Source: Dehalococcoidia bacterium
GTDB taxonomy: Bacteria; Chloroflexota; Dehalococcoidia; SHYB01
Reading direction: 5' to 3'
Length of the DNA stretch: 64,000 bases
Assembly: GCA_964291475.2 (NCBI GenBank)
Contig: OZ220075.1
Location: 118,312 to 182,311 of the forward strand
Shown here: in pieces, positions 36,460 through 45,612 of the stretch
How positions within the stretch are numbered: the first letter of the stretch is position 1
Layout of the letters: each line of letters opens with the position of its first letter
Notes under the pieces: generated by a model
Databases searched by the model: none
The model's input: only the letters and a program-made list of their open reading frames with translations
What the model was told of the DNA's origin: nothing
Program-made: the position numbers and the translations under genes

Positions 36460-38503
36460 ATGGGCTATCGCATCGGCATCGACGTCGGGGGCACCTTCAC
36501 GGACTTCGTGCTGGCGAGGCCCGACGGCTCCATCGCCTTCACCAAGACCGCCTCCACGCCCGCTGACCAGTCGGACGGCGTCATGTCGGGCATCGCCGAC
36601 CTCGCCGAGGCCGAGGGGCTCGACACCGAGGGCCTGCTCGGACGCACCGAGCAGATCGTCCACGGCACCACCACCGGCGACAACATCCTCATCGAGATGA
36701 ACGGCGCGGCGACCGGCCTCATCACCACGATGGGCAACCGCGACCAGATCGAGTTCCGCCGCGGCTGGAAGGAGAACATCTGGGACCCGGCCTACCCGCC
36801 CCCGGTCCCCATCGCCCCCCGCCGGCGGCGCATCGACGTCCCCGAGCGCCTCGACTTCGACGGGACGGCGCTCACGCCGCTCGGCGAAGAGTCCGTGCGC
36901 GCCGCGGCGCGGAAGCTCAAGCTCAAGGGCGCCGAGTCCATCGCCGTCACCTTCCTCTTCTCTTATGTCAACCCAACGCACGAATTGCGCGCCCGCGAGC
37001 TCATTCTCGAAGAACATCCCAAGGCGCACGTTTCCCTCTCTCACGAGGTGATGCCCTCGGCGCCCGAGTTCGAGCGCACGAGCACCACCTTGGTCAACGC
37101 CTACATCGAGCCCCGCATTCGCGGCTACCTTGAGACGCTGACGGCCAAGCTCCGCGACGCCGGCTTCGCCCGCGAGCTCCTCGTCATGCTCTCCAACGGC
37201 GGTGTCATGACCACCGAATACGTGGCGCGCAAGGCCGTCTCGATCATCGGCAGCGGGCCCGCCGGCGGGGTGACCGGCGCCTGCTACGTCGCGGACGCCG
37301 CCGGCATCGAGGACTTCATCGCCGTCGACATGGGCGGCACCAGCTACGACGTCTGCCTGGTGCGCGGAGGCCGGCCCGCCGTCAAGTCGTTCTGGAACTG
37401 GCGCCACCGCTACCTCATCGGCCTGCCCTCAATCGACGTGCAGGCAATCGGCGCGGGCGGCGGCTCCATCGCCCGTGTCGTCGCGGGCGCCCTCCAGGTC
37501 GGCCCCGAGAGCGCCGGCGCCGAGCCAGGCCCCATCTGCTACGGACGCGGCGGGAGCAGCCCCACGGTAACCGACGCGAACCTTGTCCTCGGCTTCCTCA
37601 ACCCCGACGCTCTCGCCGGCGGCAAGCTCAAGCTGCGGGCCGAAGGCGTGGGTGAGGCAATCGAGGAGCAAATCGGGCGTCCCCTCGGCTTGGACGCCAC
37701 GGCGGCGGCCTACGGCATCTTCCGCATCGTCAACGCCAACATGACCCACGCGATCCGCCGCGCCTCGTCGGAGCAGGGCTACGACCCCAAAGACTTCACC
37801 CTCGTCGCCTACGGCGGCAACGGCGCGGTGCACGCCGGCGTCCAGGCCCGCGAGATGGGCATCGCCAAGGTCATTGTGCCCAAGGCCGCGCCCGCCTTCT
37901 CCGCGCTCGGCGTGCTGATCTCCGACCGGCTCGTCGAAGACACCCGCTCGTACATCGTCGGCGTCCCGAAGCCGACCTCGACCGGGTCAACGCCCTCTTG
38001 GCGATATGGAGGCTGCGGCGGGCGCGGAGCTAGCGCGCCCTCGGCGGCGGCGACGTATAGAGTTCTCCCGCTTCGCCAACATGCGCTACCCCGGCCAACA
38101 GTTCGACCTCAGCGTGCCGCTCCCATCGGGCACGGTCGTCCGCGCCGACCTCGAAGCGGCGGCCGAGTCCTTTCACCGCCTGCACGAGGAGTCCCACACC
38201 TACGCGCAGCGCGACCAGGCGCCCATCATCAGCTCGCTCCGCCTACGCGCCGCGCTCCCCGGGACCAAGATCCTTCTTCCTGAAACAAGCCCCGCTGAAG
38301 GCCCGCCCACTCCCAAACTGCATCGCCGCGCTTACTTCGACGGCTACGTCGACACCCCCGTCTTCGACGGCCCCTCGCTGGGCGCGGGAGCCCGAGTCGA
38401 AGGGCCCGCCATCATCGAGGAGCCCTTCACCACCATCGTCGTCTGGCCCCAGGACGCCGCCGAGGTCGACCGCTGGGGCAACTACGTCATGACCATCGGC
38501 TGA
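36460..38503 (+). pseudogene. hydantoinase/oxoprolinase A-family (HyuA-like) protein, frame disrupted between about 37966 and 38006
   Basis: ATG 36460 (MGYRIGIDVGGTFTDFVL) with AVDMGGTSYDV. The C-terminal part (EFSRFANMRYPGQQFDL...EEPFTTIVV) is in another frame (track ORF 38006..38503). A third frame reads EADLDRVNALLA in between, so there are one or two indels. Confidence 0.8.
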
Positions 38504-38510
38504 CTGCGCT

Positions 38511-40919
38511 ATGTCCTTCCTTACCGGAATCAACGTGCTCGAATGGGGCGAGGCCCTCACCGCCCCATTCTGCGGCAAGGTGCTCGCCGACTTGGGGGCC
38601 GACGTCGTCAAGATCGAGCCGCCCGGCGGCGAGCCCGGCCGCGCCCTGCCGCCGTTCAAGACCGGCCCCGACGGCGAGCGGCACAGCCTCCTCTTCGAGC
38701 ACCTCAACGCGGGCAAGCGCAGCGTGACGATCGAGGGAGACGGCCCCGCCCTCGACCGGCTCGCGGCGTGGGCCGACGTCATCGTCGAAGGCCACCTCGA
38801 CTACGACCCCGCCGTTGCGGCCGCCCTCGAGCGCCTGCGCAAGGACCACCCGCGCCTCATCGTCACGTCGGTCAGCGCCTTCGGGCGCTCCGGCCCGCTG
38901 GCCCAGGCGCCGGGCTACCCATCCGTCGCCTTCCATATGAGCGGGGCCGGCTTCGTGACGCCGCCCCAGGTCGACAGCGTGGCGCAGCCGCCCCTCTCCC
39001 TGCCCGGACGCCCCGCCGCGATCATCGGCGGCTACTGCGCGGCGGCGGCGACGGTGTTGTCGCTCCTGGCACGCGACGCCGACGGACGCGGGCGCTACGC
39101 CGACATCGCCGAGGTCGAGGGGCTGATCGCCATGCTGGCGACCCCGCTGAACCAGTACTCCGGCCTGGGCACGATCGCCGCCCGCGACGAGCGTATCCAC
39201 GGCATGGCCCCCTTCGACTTCTACCGCGTCAAGGACGGCTGGGCGAGCATCTTCCTCGTGCAGGAGGCGCACTGGCAGCGGCTCGTCGAGCTCATGGGTT
39301 CGCCGGATTGGACCACGGCGCCAATGTTCGCCGACCGCCGCGTCCGGGGGCAGTACAAGGAAGACCTCAACAACATCATGCAGCCTTGGCTCGACGAGCA
39401 GGCCAAGGAAGACCTCTACCTACGCGCCCAGGCCAGGGACATACCCATCGGCCCCGCGCGGACGATGCAAGAGGTGCTGGCCGACCCGCACTTCGAGGCG
39501 CGCGAGGTCTTCGTCCGCTCGCCCCACCCGCGGCTCGGCGAGATGCTGCATCTCCGTCCGCCCTTCCGTTGGCGCGGCCAGAGCTGGACACCGCCGGGGC
39601 CCGCGCCCGGACCCGGCGAGCACACCGGGCGCGTCGAGGAGACTCCGCCGCCCTCGGCCGTGAGCAAAGAAGGCGGTGCTGAAGTCGCAGCGGCCTCTCC
39701 CCTTCCCCTCACCAACCTGCGCGTCATCGAGTTGGGCGCGGCCATCGCCTCGCCCTTCGGCGCGGCGACCCTCGCCGACGCCGGCGCCGAGGTCATCAAG
39801 ATCGAGACCGCGAAGCGTCCCGACAACCTCCGCAGCAACTGGCCGATGGCGGGCGGCGAGGCCGGCCCCGAGCGCAGCTACTACTACAACCAGGTCAACC
39901 GCCACGCCAAGAGCCTCACGCTCGACCTGACCACCGGCGAGGGGCGCGACGCCTTCCTGCGCCTCGTGGCCCTCAGCGACGTCGTCGTCGAGAACTTCGC
40001 CGCCGGAACCATGGAGCGTCTCGGCGTTCCCTACGACGTGCTTCGGCGGGCCAACCCCAGCATGGTCATGCTTTCGCTCAACGGCTTCGGCGACACGGGC
40101 CCCGCCAAGGACTTCATCGCCTACGGCCCGCTGCTCGAAGCGGTGACCGGCATGGCCGCACTCGCCGGCTTCGAGGACGGCCCGCCCGCCGCCTCCACCT
40201 TCGTCTACACCGACTACGTCTCGGCCATGGTGGGTGTGACGCTCATGCTCGCCGGCCTTCGACGGCGCGCCGAGACCGGCGAAGGGGCCTACTTCAACGT
40301 GGCCCAAGCCGAGGTCGCCTTGAACACGATGCCGGAGGCCATCCTCGATAGCGCCGTGAACGGCGTCCTCCCCACCAAGCCCGAGGACCGCGACCCCTTC
40401 GTCGCCATCCACGGCTCGTTCCGCTGCCTCGGCGAGGACGACGCGGACGACGACTGGGTTGCCATCGCCGTGCGCACCAATACCCATTTTCTCGGCCTGA
40501 AGGAGGCAATGGGAAATCCGGCCTGGGCAGATGATCCTCGCTTCGCAACCGACGAGGGACGGCGCGCCCACGCCGCCGAAATCAAGGCCCACGTCGGCCA
40601 ATGGACGCGGCGTTTACGAAAGCACGAGGCGGCAGACGTTCTTCGCAAACACGGTGTGCCCGCCGCCGCCGTCAACGACGTCCGCGACGCCCTCGACGAG
40701 CCCCACCTGCAGGCCCGCGGCTCGTTCCAGGTCGTCCGCCATCCCGTCATCGGCGAGGCGTGGACCTACCCCTCGCCGCTCAACCTGGAAGGGGTTCCCC
40801 GCGAAATTCGGCGCGGCGCCCCCCTCTGGGGCGAACACAACGACTACGTCTGCCGTGACCTTCTCGGCATGCCCCCCGGCGACGTCGAGCACCTCGTCGA
40901 GCGACGCGCGCTAATCTGA
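38511..40919 (+). CDS. tandem-fused double family III CoA-transferase
   Basis: 802-aa ORF. Domain 1 is INVLEWGEALTAPFCGKVLADLGADVVKIEPPGG. Domain 2 is LRVIELGAAIASPFGAATLADAGAEVIKIE with VVVENFAAGTMERLGVPY. Confidence 0.85.
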   Translation: MSFLTGINVLEWGEALTAPFCGKVLADLGADVVKIEPPGGEPGRALPPFKTGPDGERHSLLFEHLNAGKRSVTIEGDGPALDRLAAWADVIVEGHLDYDPAVAAALERLRKDHPRLIVTSVSAFGRSGPLAQAPGYPSVAFHMSGAGFVTPPQVDSVAQPPLSLPGRPAAIIGGYCAAAATVLSLLARDADGRGRYADIAEVEGLIAMLATPLNQYSGLGTIAARDERIHGMAPFDFYRVKDGWASIFLVQEAHWQRLVELMGSPDWTTAPMFADRRVRGQYKEDLNNIMQPWLDEQAKEDLYLRAQARDIPIGPARTMQEVLADPHFEAREVFVRSPHPRLGEMLHLRPPFRWRGQSWTPPGPAPGPGEHTGRVEETPPPSAVSKEGGAEVAAASPLPLTNLRVIELGAAIASPFGAATLADAGAEVIKIETAKRPDNLRSNWPMAGGEAGPERSYYYNQVNRHAKSLTLDLTTGEGRDAFLRLVALSDVVVENFAAGTMERLGVPYDVLRRANPSMVMLSLNGFGDTGPAKDFIAYGPLLEAVTGMAALAGFEDGPPAASTFVYTDYVSAMVGVTLMLAGLRRRAETGEGAYFNVAQAEVALNTMPEAILDSAVNGVLPTKPEDRDPFVAIHGSFRCLGEDDADDDWVAIAVRTNTHFLGLKEAMGNPAWADDPRFATDEGRRAHAAEIKAHVGQWTRRLRKHEAADVLRKHGVPAAAVNDVRDALDEPHLQARGSFQVVRHPVIGEAWTYPSPLNLEGVPREIRRGAPLWGEHNDYVCRDLLGMPPGDVEHLVERRALI

Positions 40920-40932
40920 CGCCCCGCCTTCG

Positions 40933-42056
40933 CTAGGCGCCGGACTCCTTCGACGGCAGCCCCACCACCGCCTGGCCCGGCGAGACCAGCGTCCCGTCCT
41001 GGTTGATCGCTTCGAGATCGAGCGTCACCAGCGGTTCTCCGTCTTCGTTTGCCTTCCCGGTGACTTTGCCGTGAACGCGGTAGATGTCACCGACGAAGGT
41101 GGGCTGGCGAAGGCGCGCGTTAAAGCTTTTGAGGAAGCCGTCGTCGCCCATCCAGTTCGTTACCGCGTGCGCCATGTTCGCCACGCGGTGCGGCCCGACC
41201 TCGAAGCAATAGGGCATCCCGCGGGCCTGGGCCATGCTGTCCTTGACGTGGTGCATCTGCCGCTCTTCGGGCAGGCCCGTTTCAGGGTCGATGATGATGC
41301 GGTCGGGATGCGTGCGCCGGAGCTCGATCCAGAAGCCCTTGTGCGCGACGTGCGACCGCGAGCCGATCCCCATGTAGTAGGCGATCGAGTCGCGGGGCGT
41401 GAACGGGCCTTTGACGATCATCGGAATCTCGTCGCCGACCTCCACGTCCTCCCAATAGCGCGGCGCCGCCCCCTGCCGCGTCTCCCGGTGTATTCCTCGG
41501 TGATGCGGCGCAGCTCGTCCTCGCTATAGGTCGCGCGTGACTGAGTCATGTAATGCTCTTGAGAGATGTCCTCCGGGAGGAACCGCAGCTCCTTCAACAG
41601 ACGTTCCGCCACGACCTCGCCGCGTTGGTTCGTATAGCGGTTAAGCGTCGCCTGATAGAGAGCCCGCTTGGCATGCCGCACCGGCTTCGGACTCAGCTCG
41701 GTCCGGATGTGCACGCCGCGAATCTCATCCCCCGCCTTGACGACGTGGTTGAAGACCCATTCGGTGCCGATGTGGAGCCCGGTGAAGCTGGGCAGGCCGA
41801 GACCGCCGGCCTGGTAGCAGCTATAGATCCACATCGGCGGCGCGACGAGAGCGCCGTACTGAGTCTTGGCGCCGTAGTCCTCGTCGTTCCAGAGCGGATT
41901 GTCGTCACCGATGCCCCAGGCGAAGTGGCGGATGGCGTCGGCGGTCGCCGCGCGATTGAAGGCGTAGCCGTCGGTCAGCTCCTGACCCAGCAGGCTGCAA
42001 TAGTCGTCGATCTCAGCCTGGATGGCGGGTGGGTAGTCGAGCGGTGCGGTGGTCAT
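40933..42056 (-). pseudogene. MaoC-like dehydratase (N-terminal MaoC_N-like plus C-terminal hot-dog domain), 1-nt frameshift between halves
   Basis: Track ORF 41418..42056 ends in an Arg-rich tail. In the other frame the text reads ETRQGAAPRYWEDVEVGDEIPMIVKGPFT and continues into ORF 40933..41445, which has only a GTG start. Adding one C to run 41484-41486 joins them. Two separate overlapping genes cannot be excluded. Confidence 0.7.
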
Positions 42057-42068
42057 CTCGGCCCTAGA

Positions 42069-43769
42069 CTACCCCACCATGTCGTAGCTGCGGAGCAGCT
42101 TGCCGGGCAGCGCGCCGGTGCACTCGGTGTCCTCGAACGTGACCGTCCCGTTGACGATGGTGTAGCGCAGGCCGGTGGGCTTCTGGATGATGCGGCGTTC
42201 CTCTCCGGGGAAGTCGTAGCCGAACACCGGCTTCGGGTGCAGGAAGCCCAGCGCGTCGAGGTCATAGACGATGATGTCCGCCCAGGCCCCAAGCTGCAGC
42301 GTACCCCGGTCCTTGAAGTCGGCGAACCACGCGGGATAGGCACTGATCTTCACGTGGGCCTGCTCGAGCGTCATGATCTCCTTGTCTCGAATCCAGGTCG
42401 AGAGGAAGTTCACCGGCCACGTGCTCACCGTCAGGAACCGGGTGTGCGCCCCGCCGTCCGAGAGCGAGATGTGGCTGAAGGGGTTCATGATGAGCCGCGC
42501 GAGCTCATCGTCGTCCCGGTCGCCGGCCCCGGCATTCGCCACGAACTCGGTCTCGAGGTCCTCGTCCAAGGCCAGGTCGATGAAGACGTCGACCGGATGC
42601 TTACCTAGCTCGACCGCGAGGTCGGCGATCGTTTTGCCCTCGTACTTGCGGTTCCGCTCGTGGGCCGCCTCCATGACGTAGAACCGGTTCCAGTCCGTCC
42701 GGTTCGTGAGGCTCCCCTGCACGTCGAGGTCGCCCTTCATCGCGGCGCGGGTCTCGGGGTCCCGCAGCTTCACGATGCGCTCCTCGCGGCTGCCGACCAA
42801 CGGCTGAATCCAGTTGGGATAGACGTCGAACAGGTTGTACTCGGTCAGCTTGAAGACCGCGTCGGGGAAGATCGTCGGCTGCTGAATGACCAGCGGAAGA
42901 CCGTCGGCGCGCGCCGACGCCACCCATGCCTCGTCCTCCGGCGTTGGTGAAATGCAGTTGATGTGCGCCGGCCTGCCGCTCCGCCGCACCATCTCGTTCA
43001 CAAGCTCATACTGCGCCGGACGGTCGTCGAAGATCGGATAGCCGATCGTCCAGCCAATATGCCCCACGCCGAATTCGCCCAGCACCTCGGCCAGCGCGAG
43101 GAACTCCGCATCGGACTGGATGTGGGTCGGGAGGTAGCCGCCGTCGTCCGGACGGTCCTCGGCGCTCTTGTTCGCCGAGAAGCCGAACGCCCCCGCCTTC
43201 ATGGCGTCGTGGAATAGGCGCTTCATCAGATTGATCTCTTCGTCGGTCGCCGACGTCCGCTCGCGGGCGGGCAGCATGCCCATGATGTAGGCCCGTAGCG
43301 GCGAGCACGGGAACAGCGCGCCGATGTTGAGGCCGAGCCCCTGCCGGTCCAGGCTGTCGAGATACTCCGGGAAGGTCTCCCAGTCCCACCGCATGCCGAG
43401 GCGCATCGACTCCAGCGGGATCGCCTCGACGCGGTTCATCATCCGCATGTTGAGCTCGCGGTCTTCCGGCCTCGTCGGAGCGAAGCCGAAGCCGCACTGC
43501 CCGATGGTGAGAGAGGTCACCCCAAACCAACCCGACAGCGAGCAGTAGGGGTCCCAGTTCAGTTGCGCGTCGTAGTGGGTGTGGAGGTCGACGGCCCCCG
43601 GCGCGACGATGCAGCCGCTCGCATCGATCTCCCGGGCGCCGCCGGCGGGGATCCTGCCGCTGATCTTCGCGATGCGGCCGTCCTTGACCGCCAGGTCAGC
43701 CTTGTACCGCGGGAGACCCCTCCCATCGACGATGGTGCCGCCGCGAATAACGAGGTCGTATTCCGCCAT
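42069..43769 (-). CDS. N-acyl-D-amino-acid deacylase (D-aminoacylase)-like amidohydrolase
   Basis: Start ATG 43769 (MAEYDLVIRGGTIVDGRG...GRIAKIS...IDASGCIVAPGAVDLHTHYD), about 566 aa, typical of the amidohydrolase-3 D-aminoacylase group. Confidence 0.8.
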   Translation of the reverse strand: MAEYDLVIRGGTIVDGRGLPRYKADLAVKDGRIAKISGRIPAGGAREIDASGCIVAPGAVDLHTHYDAQLNWDPYCSLSGWFGVTSLTIGQCGFGFAPTRPEDRELNMRMMNRVEAIPLESMRLGMRWDWETFPEYLDSLDRQGLGLNIGALFPCSPLRAYIMGMLPARERTSATDEEINLMKRLFHDAMKAGAFGFSANKSAEDRPDDGGYLPTHIQSDAEFLALAEVLGEFGVGHIGWTIGYPIFDDRPAQYELVNEMVRRSGRPAHINCISPTPEDEAWVASARADGLPLVIQQPTIFPDAVFKLTEYNLFDVYPNWIQPLVGSREERIVKLRDPETRAAMKGDLDVQGSLTNRTDWNRFYVMEAAHERNRKYEGKTIADLAVELGKHPVDVFIDLALDEDLETEFVANAGAGDRDDDELARLIMNPFSHISLSDGGAHTRFLTVSTWPVNFLSTWIRDKEIMTLEQAHVKISAYPAWFADFKDRGTLQLGAWADIIVYDLDALGFLHPKPVFGYDFPGEERRIIQKPTGLRYTIVNGTVTFEDTECTGALPGKLLRSYDMVG

Positions 43770-43957
43770 GGCCTGCCCCTTTACCAATCGTCCCCACGGC
43801 ACCGCGGCATGGCGATGCCCTCTCCGCGCTCGACCGCCCCGAGAGGCCCAGTCAAGCATGCCCTGGCTTCAGTTGCGGCAATCCTACCATGAACCGCCCC
43901 CATCCCACCCGCACCACGTGCTACCATCGGCCCGGCCATAGATCAAGGAGGCAGCGT

Positions 43958-44392
43958 ATGAGCGACGATCCCGTGGGCGTGCCCATTCCACCGGAGCTAG
44001 AGGCATTCCTCAAGGCCCACACCCGCACCTTCATCCTCACGCTGCGCAAGGACGGCTCGCCGACCGGCCATCCCATGACGGGCTGGTACGACGAGGGCCG
44101 CATGCGTGTGACCACCTACCGCAAGAGCCACAAGACCCGCAACGCCCAGCGCGACGAGCGCACCTCGTGGGTCGTACTCAACGGCTACGACTCCGACGAC
44201 GACGTGCGCGCCGTGCAGTTCAAGGGCGTCAACCGCGTCGTCGAGGCCACCCAGATGCCCTCACAGGCGGGCGTCCGCCAAGGCGTGAGTACCGGCCTCT
44301 CGTCACGGACCGAGGAGCGGCTGAAGTCGGGCAAGCGCATCGTGCTCGAAGTCACCCCGAACGAGACCGGCTTCCTCGAGGAGGTGCGCTAG
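43958..44392 (+). CDS. PPOX-like split-barrel protein, type a
   Basis: ATG 43958 follows AGGAGG. RTFILTLRKDGSPTGHPMTGWY matches the F420/FMN split-barrel type. Paralog of 58306..58793. Confidence 0.7.
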   Translation: MSDDPVGVPIPPELEAFLKAHTRTFILTLRKDGSPTGHPMTGWYDEGRMRVTTYRKSHKTRNAQRDERTSWVVLNGYDSDDDVRAVQFKGVNRVVEATQMPSQAGVRQGVSTGLSSRTEERLKSGKRIVLEVTPNETGFLEEVR

Positions 44393-44394
44393 CC

Positions 44395-44805
44395 ATGCCC
44401 CGCGAGTCCATCGCCATGTCCAACGAGGAGCTCAGCGCCTTCATCGGCGCCAAACCCTGGGTCGTCGTGGGCACGCTCGACGAAGACGGCTCCCCTTGGG
44501 GCGACGTCTTCGCCTCCCTAATCGAGGGCGGACGGCTCATCTTCGCCGTCCCCAACGGAACGCGGGCCGCCTCGAACATCGAGCGCGACCCCCGCGTCGT
44601 CTGCATGAACGACCAATACCCCACCTACTACGAAATCAAGGGCGTCACCATCCACGGGCATGCCGAGCGCCTCGGCGACCCGGCCCTCGCCGCCCGCCTC
44701 CCATCCGACCCCATCGACCGCAACGCCGCCGACCGTGCGGTCTACGCTGTCCCCCTCGACGACGTCACGAGCTTCGACTTCACCAAGATCAAGGCGAAGG
44801 TCTAG
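44395..44805 (+). CDS. PPOX-like split-barrel protein, type b
   Basis: ATG 44395 lies 3 nt after the previous stop. VVVGTLDEDGSPWGDVF...YYEIKGVTIHGHAE...FDFTKIKAKV. Paralog of 58796..59237. Confidence 0.7.
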   Translation: MPRESIAMSNEELSAFIGAKPWVVVGTLDEDGSPWGDVFASLIEGGRLIFAVPNGTRAASNIERDPRVVCMNDQYPTYYEIKGVTIHGHAERLGDPALAARLPSDPIDRNAADRAVYAVPLDDVTSFDFTKIKAKV

Positions 44806-44814
44806 CTGCTACCG

Positions 44815-45609
44815 GTGCAGGACGGCTACGCGGGCGATGTCGGGGACTTCGGAAAGTATGGTCTCTTGCGCCGGCTCTGTCGCGCGGATGAGCATGGTCC
44901 GGCGCTCCACCTCGGCGTGCTCTGGTACCTCTTTGATGGGAAGGAGACTTCGACCGACGGGGGACACACACAGTATCTCGACCTCGGCTGCGGCGTCGGG
45001 CCATCGCCCCAAGAACGGCTCCTCGCCGAATGCGACCCCGACCTGTTCAAGAAAATGCGAGAGGTCGTGAGAGGCGATAAACGTTCAGTGGATGCAGTGG
45101 AGAAGAGTGGCGCGCTGCCCAAGGGCACAACCTTTTACAACACTCCTCTCAACTTCGACCAACCTTCGCCGAGAACACGATCACAGAAGCGGCGTGAATG
45201 GTTTGACGCCGGACTAGACAAGATCAAAGACGCAGACCTGGTCTTCTTCGACCCTGACAACGGTCTCGAGATTCAGAGTTGCAGCCCTTTCAGCCGGAAG
45301 GGCCCCAAATACGTCTACTACGACGACCTGCGACGGTGCTGGGACCTCGGCAAGAGTCTCGTTGCCTACCACCACCTTGGGCGCATAGGGGACGCTCAGG
45401 AGCAAATCGCGAGGCGAGGTGGGGAGTTGCGTCATCGGCTCCGGGGTGCCAAGCCCATCGCCCTTCGTTTCAGGCGCCGCTCGCCGCGCGTTTACTTCGT
45501 ACTACCGCAGCCCAAACACGCTAGTAGGCTCACCCGGCGCATAGAGACCTTCCTAGCCTCTCCTTGGGGCAGGGCCGATCCTCCGCATTTCGACCACGTG
45601 GGTAGCTAA
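44815..45609 (+). CDS. hypothetical protein (no family recognised; motifs GDVGDFGKYGLLRRL, FFDPDNGLE, VAYHHLGR)
   Basis: 264-aa ORF with a GTG start, visibly A/T-richer than its flanks, with coding-like non-repetitive composition. Confidence 0.55.
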   Translation: MQDGYAGDVGDFGKYGLLRRLCRADEHGPALHLGVLWYLFDGKETSTDGGHTQYLDLGCGVGPSPQERLLAECDPDLFKKMREVVRGDKRSVDAVEKSGALPKGTTFYNTPLNFDQPSPRTRSQKRREWFDAGLDKIKDADLVFFDPDNGLEIQSCSPFSRKGPKYVYYDDLRRCWDLGKSLVAYHHLGRIGDAQEQIARRGGELRHRLRGAKPIALRFRRRSPRVYFVLPQPKHASRLTRRIETFLASPWGRADPPHFDHVGS

Positions 45610-45612
45610 GCC

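Noticed and set aside
41418-41445. Two separate overlapping MaoC-type genes (N-half and C-half subunits) rather than one frameshifted gene.
   Set aside because: Not fully excluded. The C-half frame has no ATG, only GTG, at its 5' end. Upstream of that GTG it reads ETRQGAAPRYWEDVEVGD, which looks like genuine inter-domain sequence. A 1-nt correction in a C-run fuses the halves.
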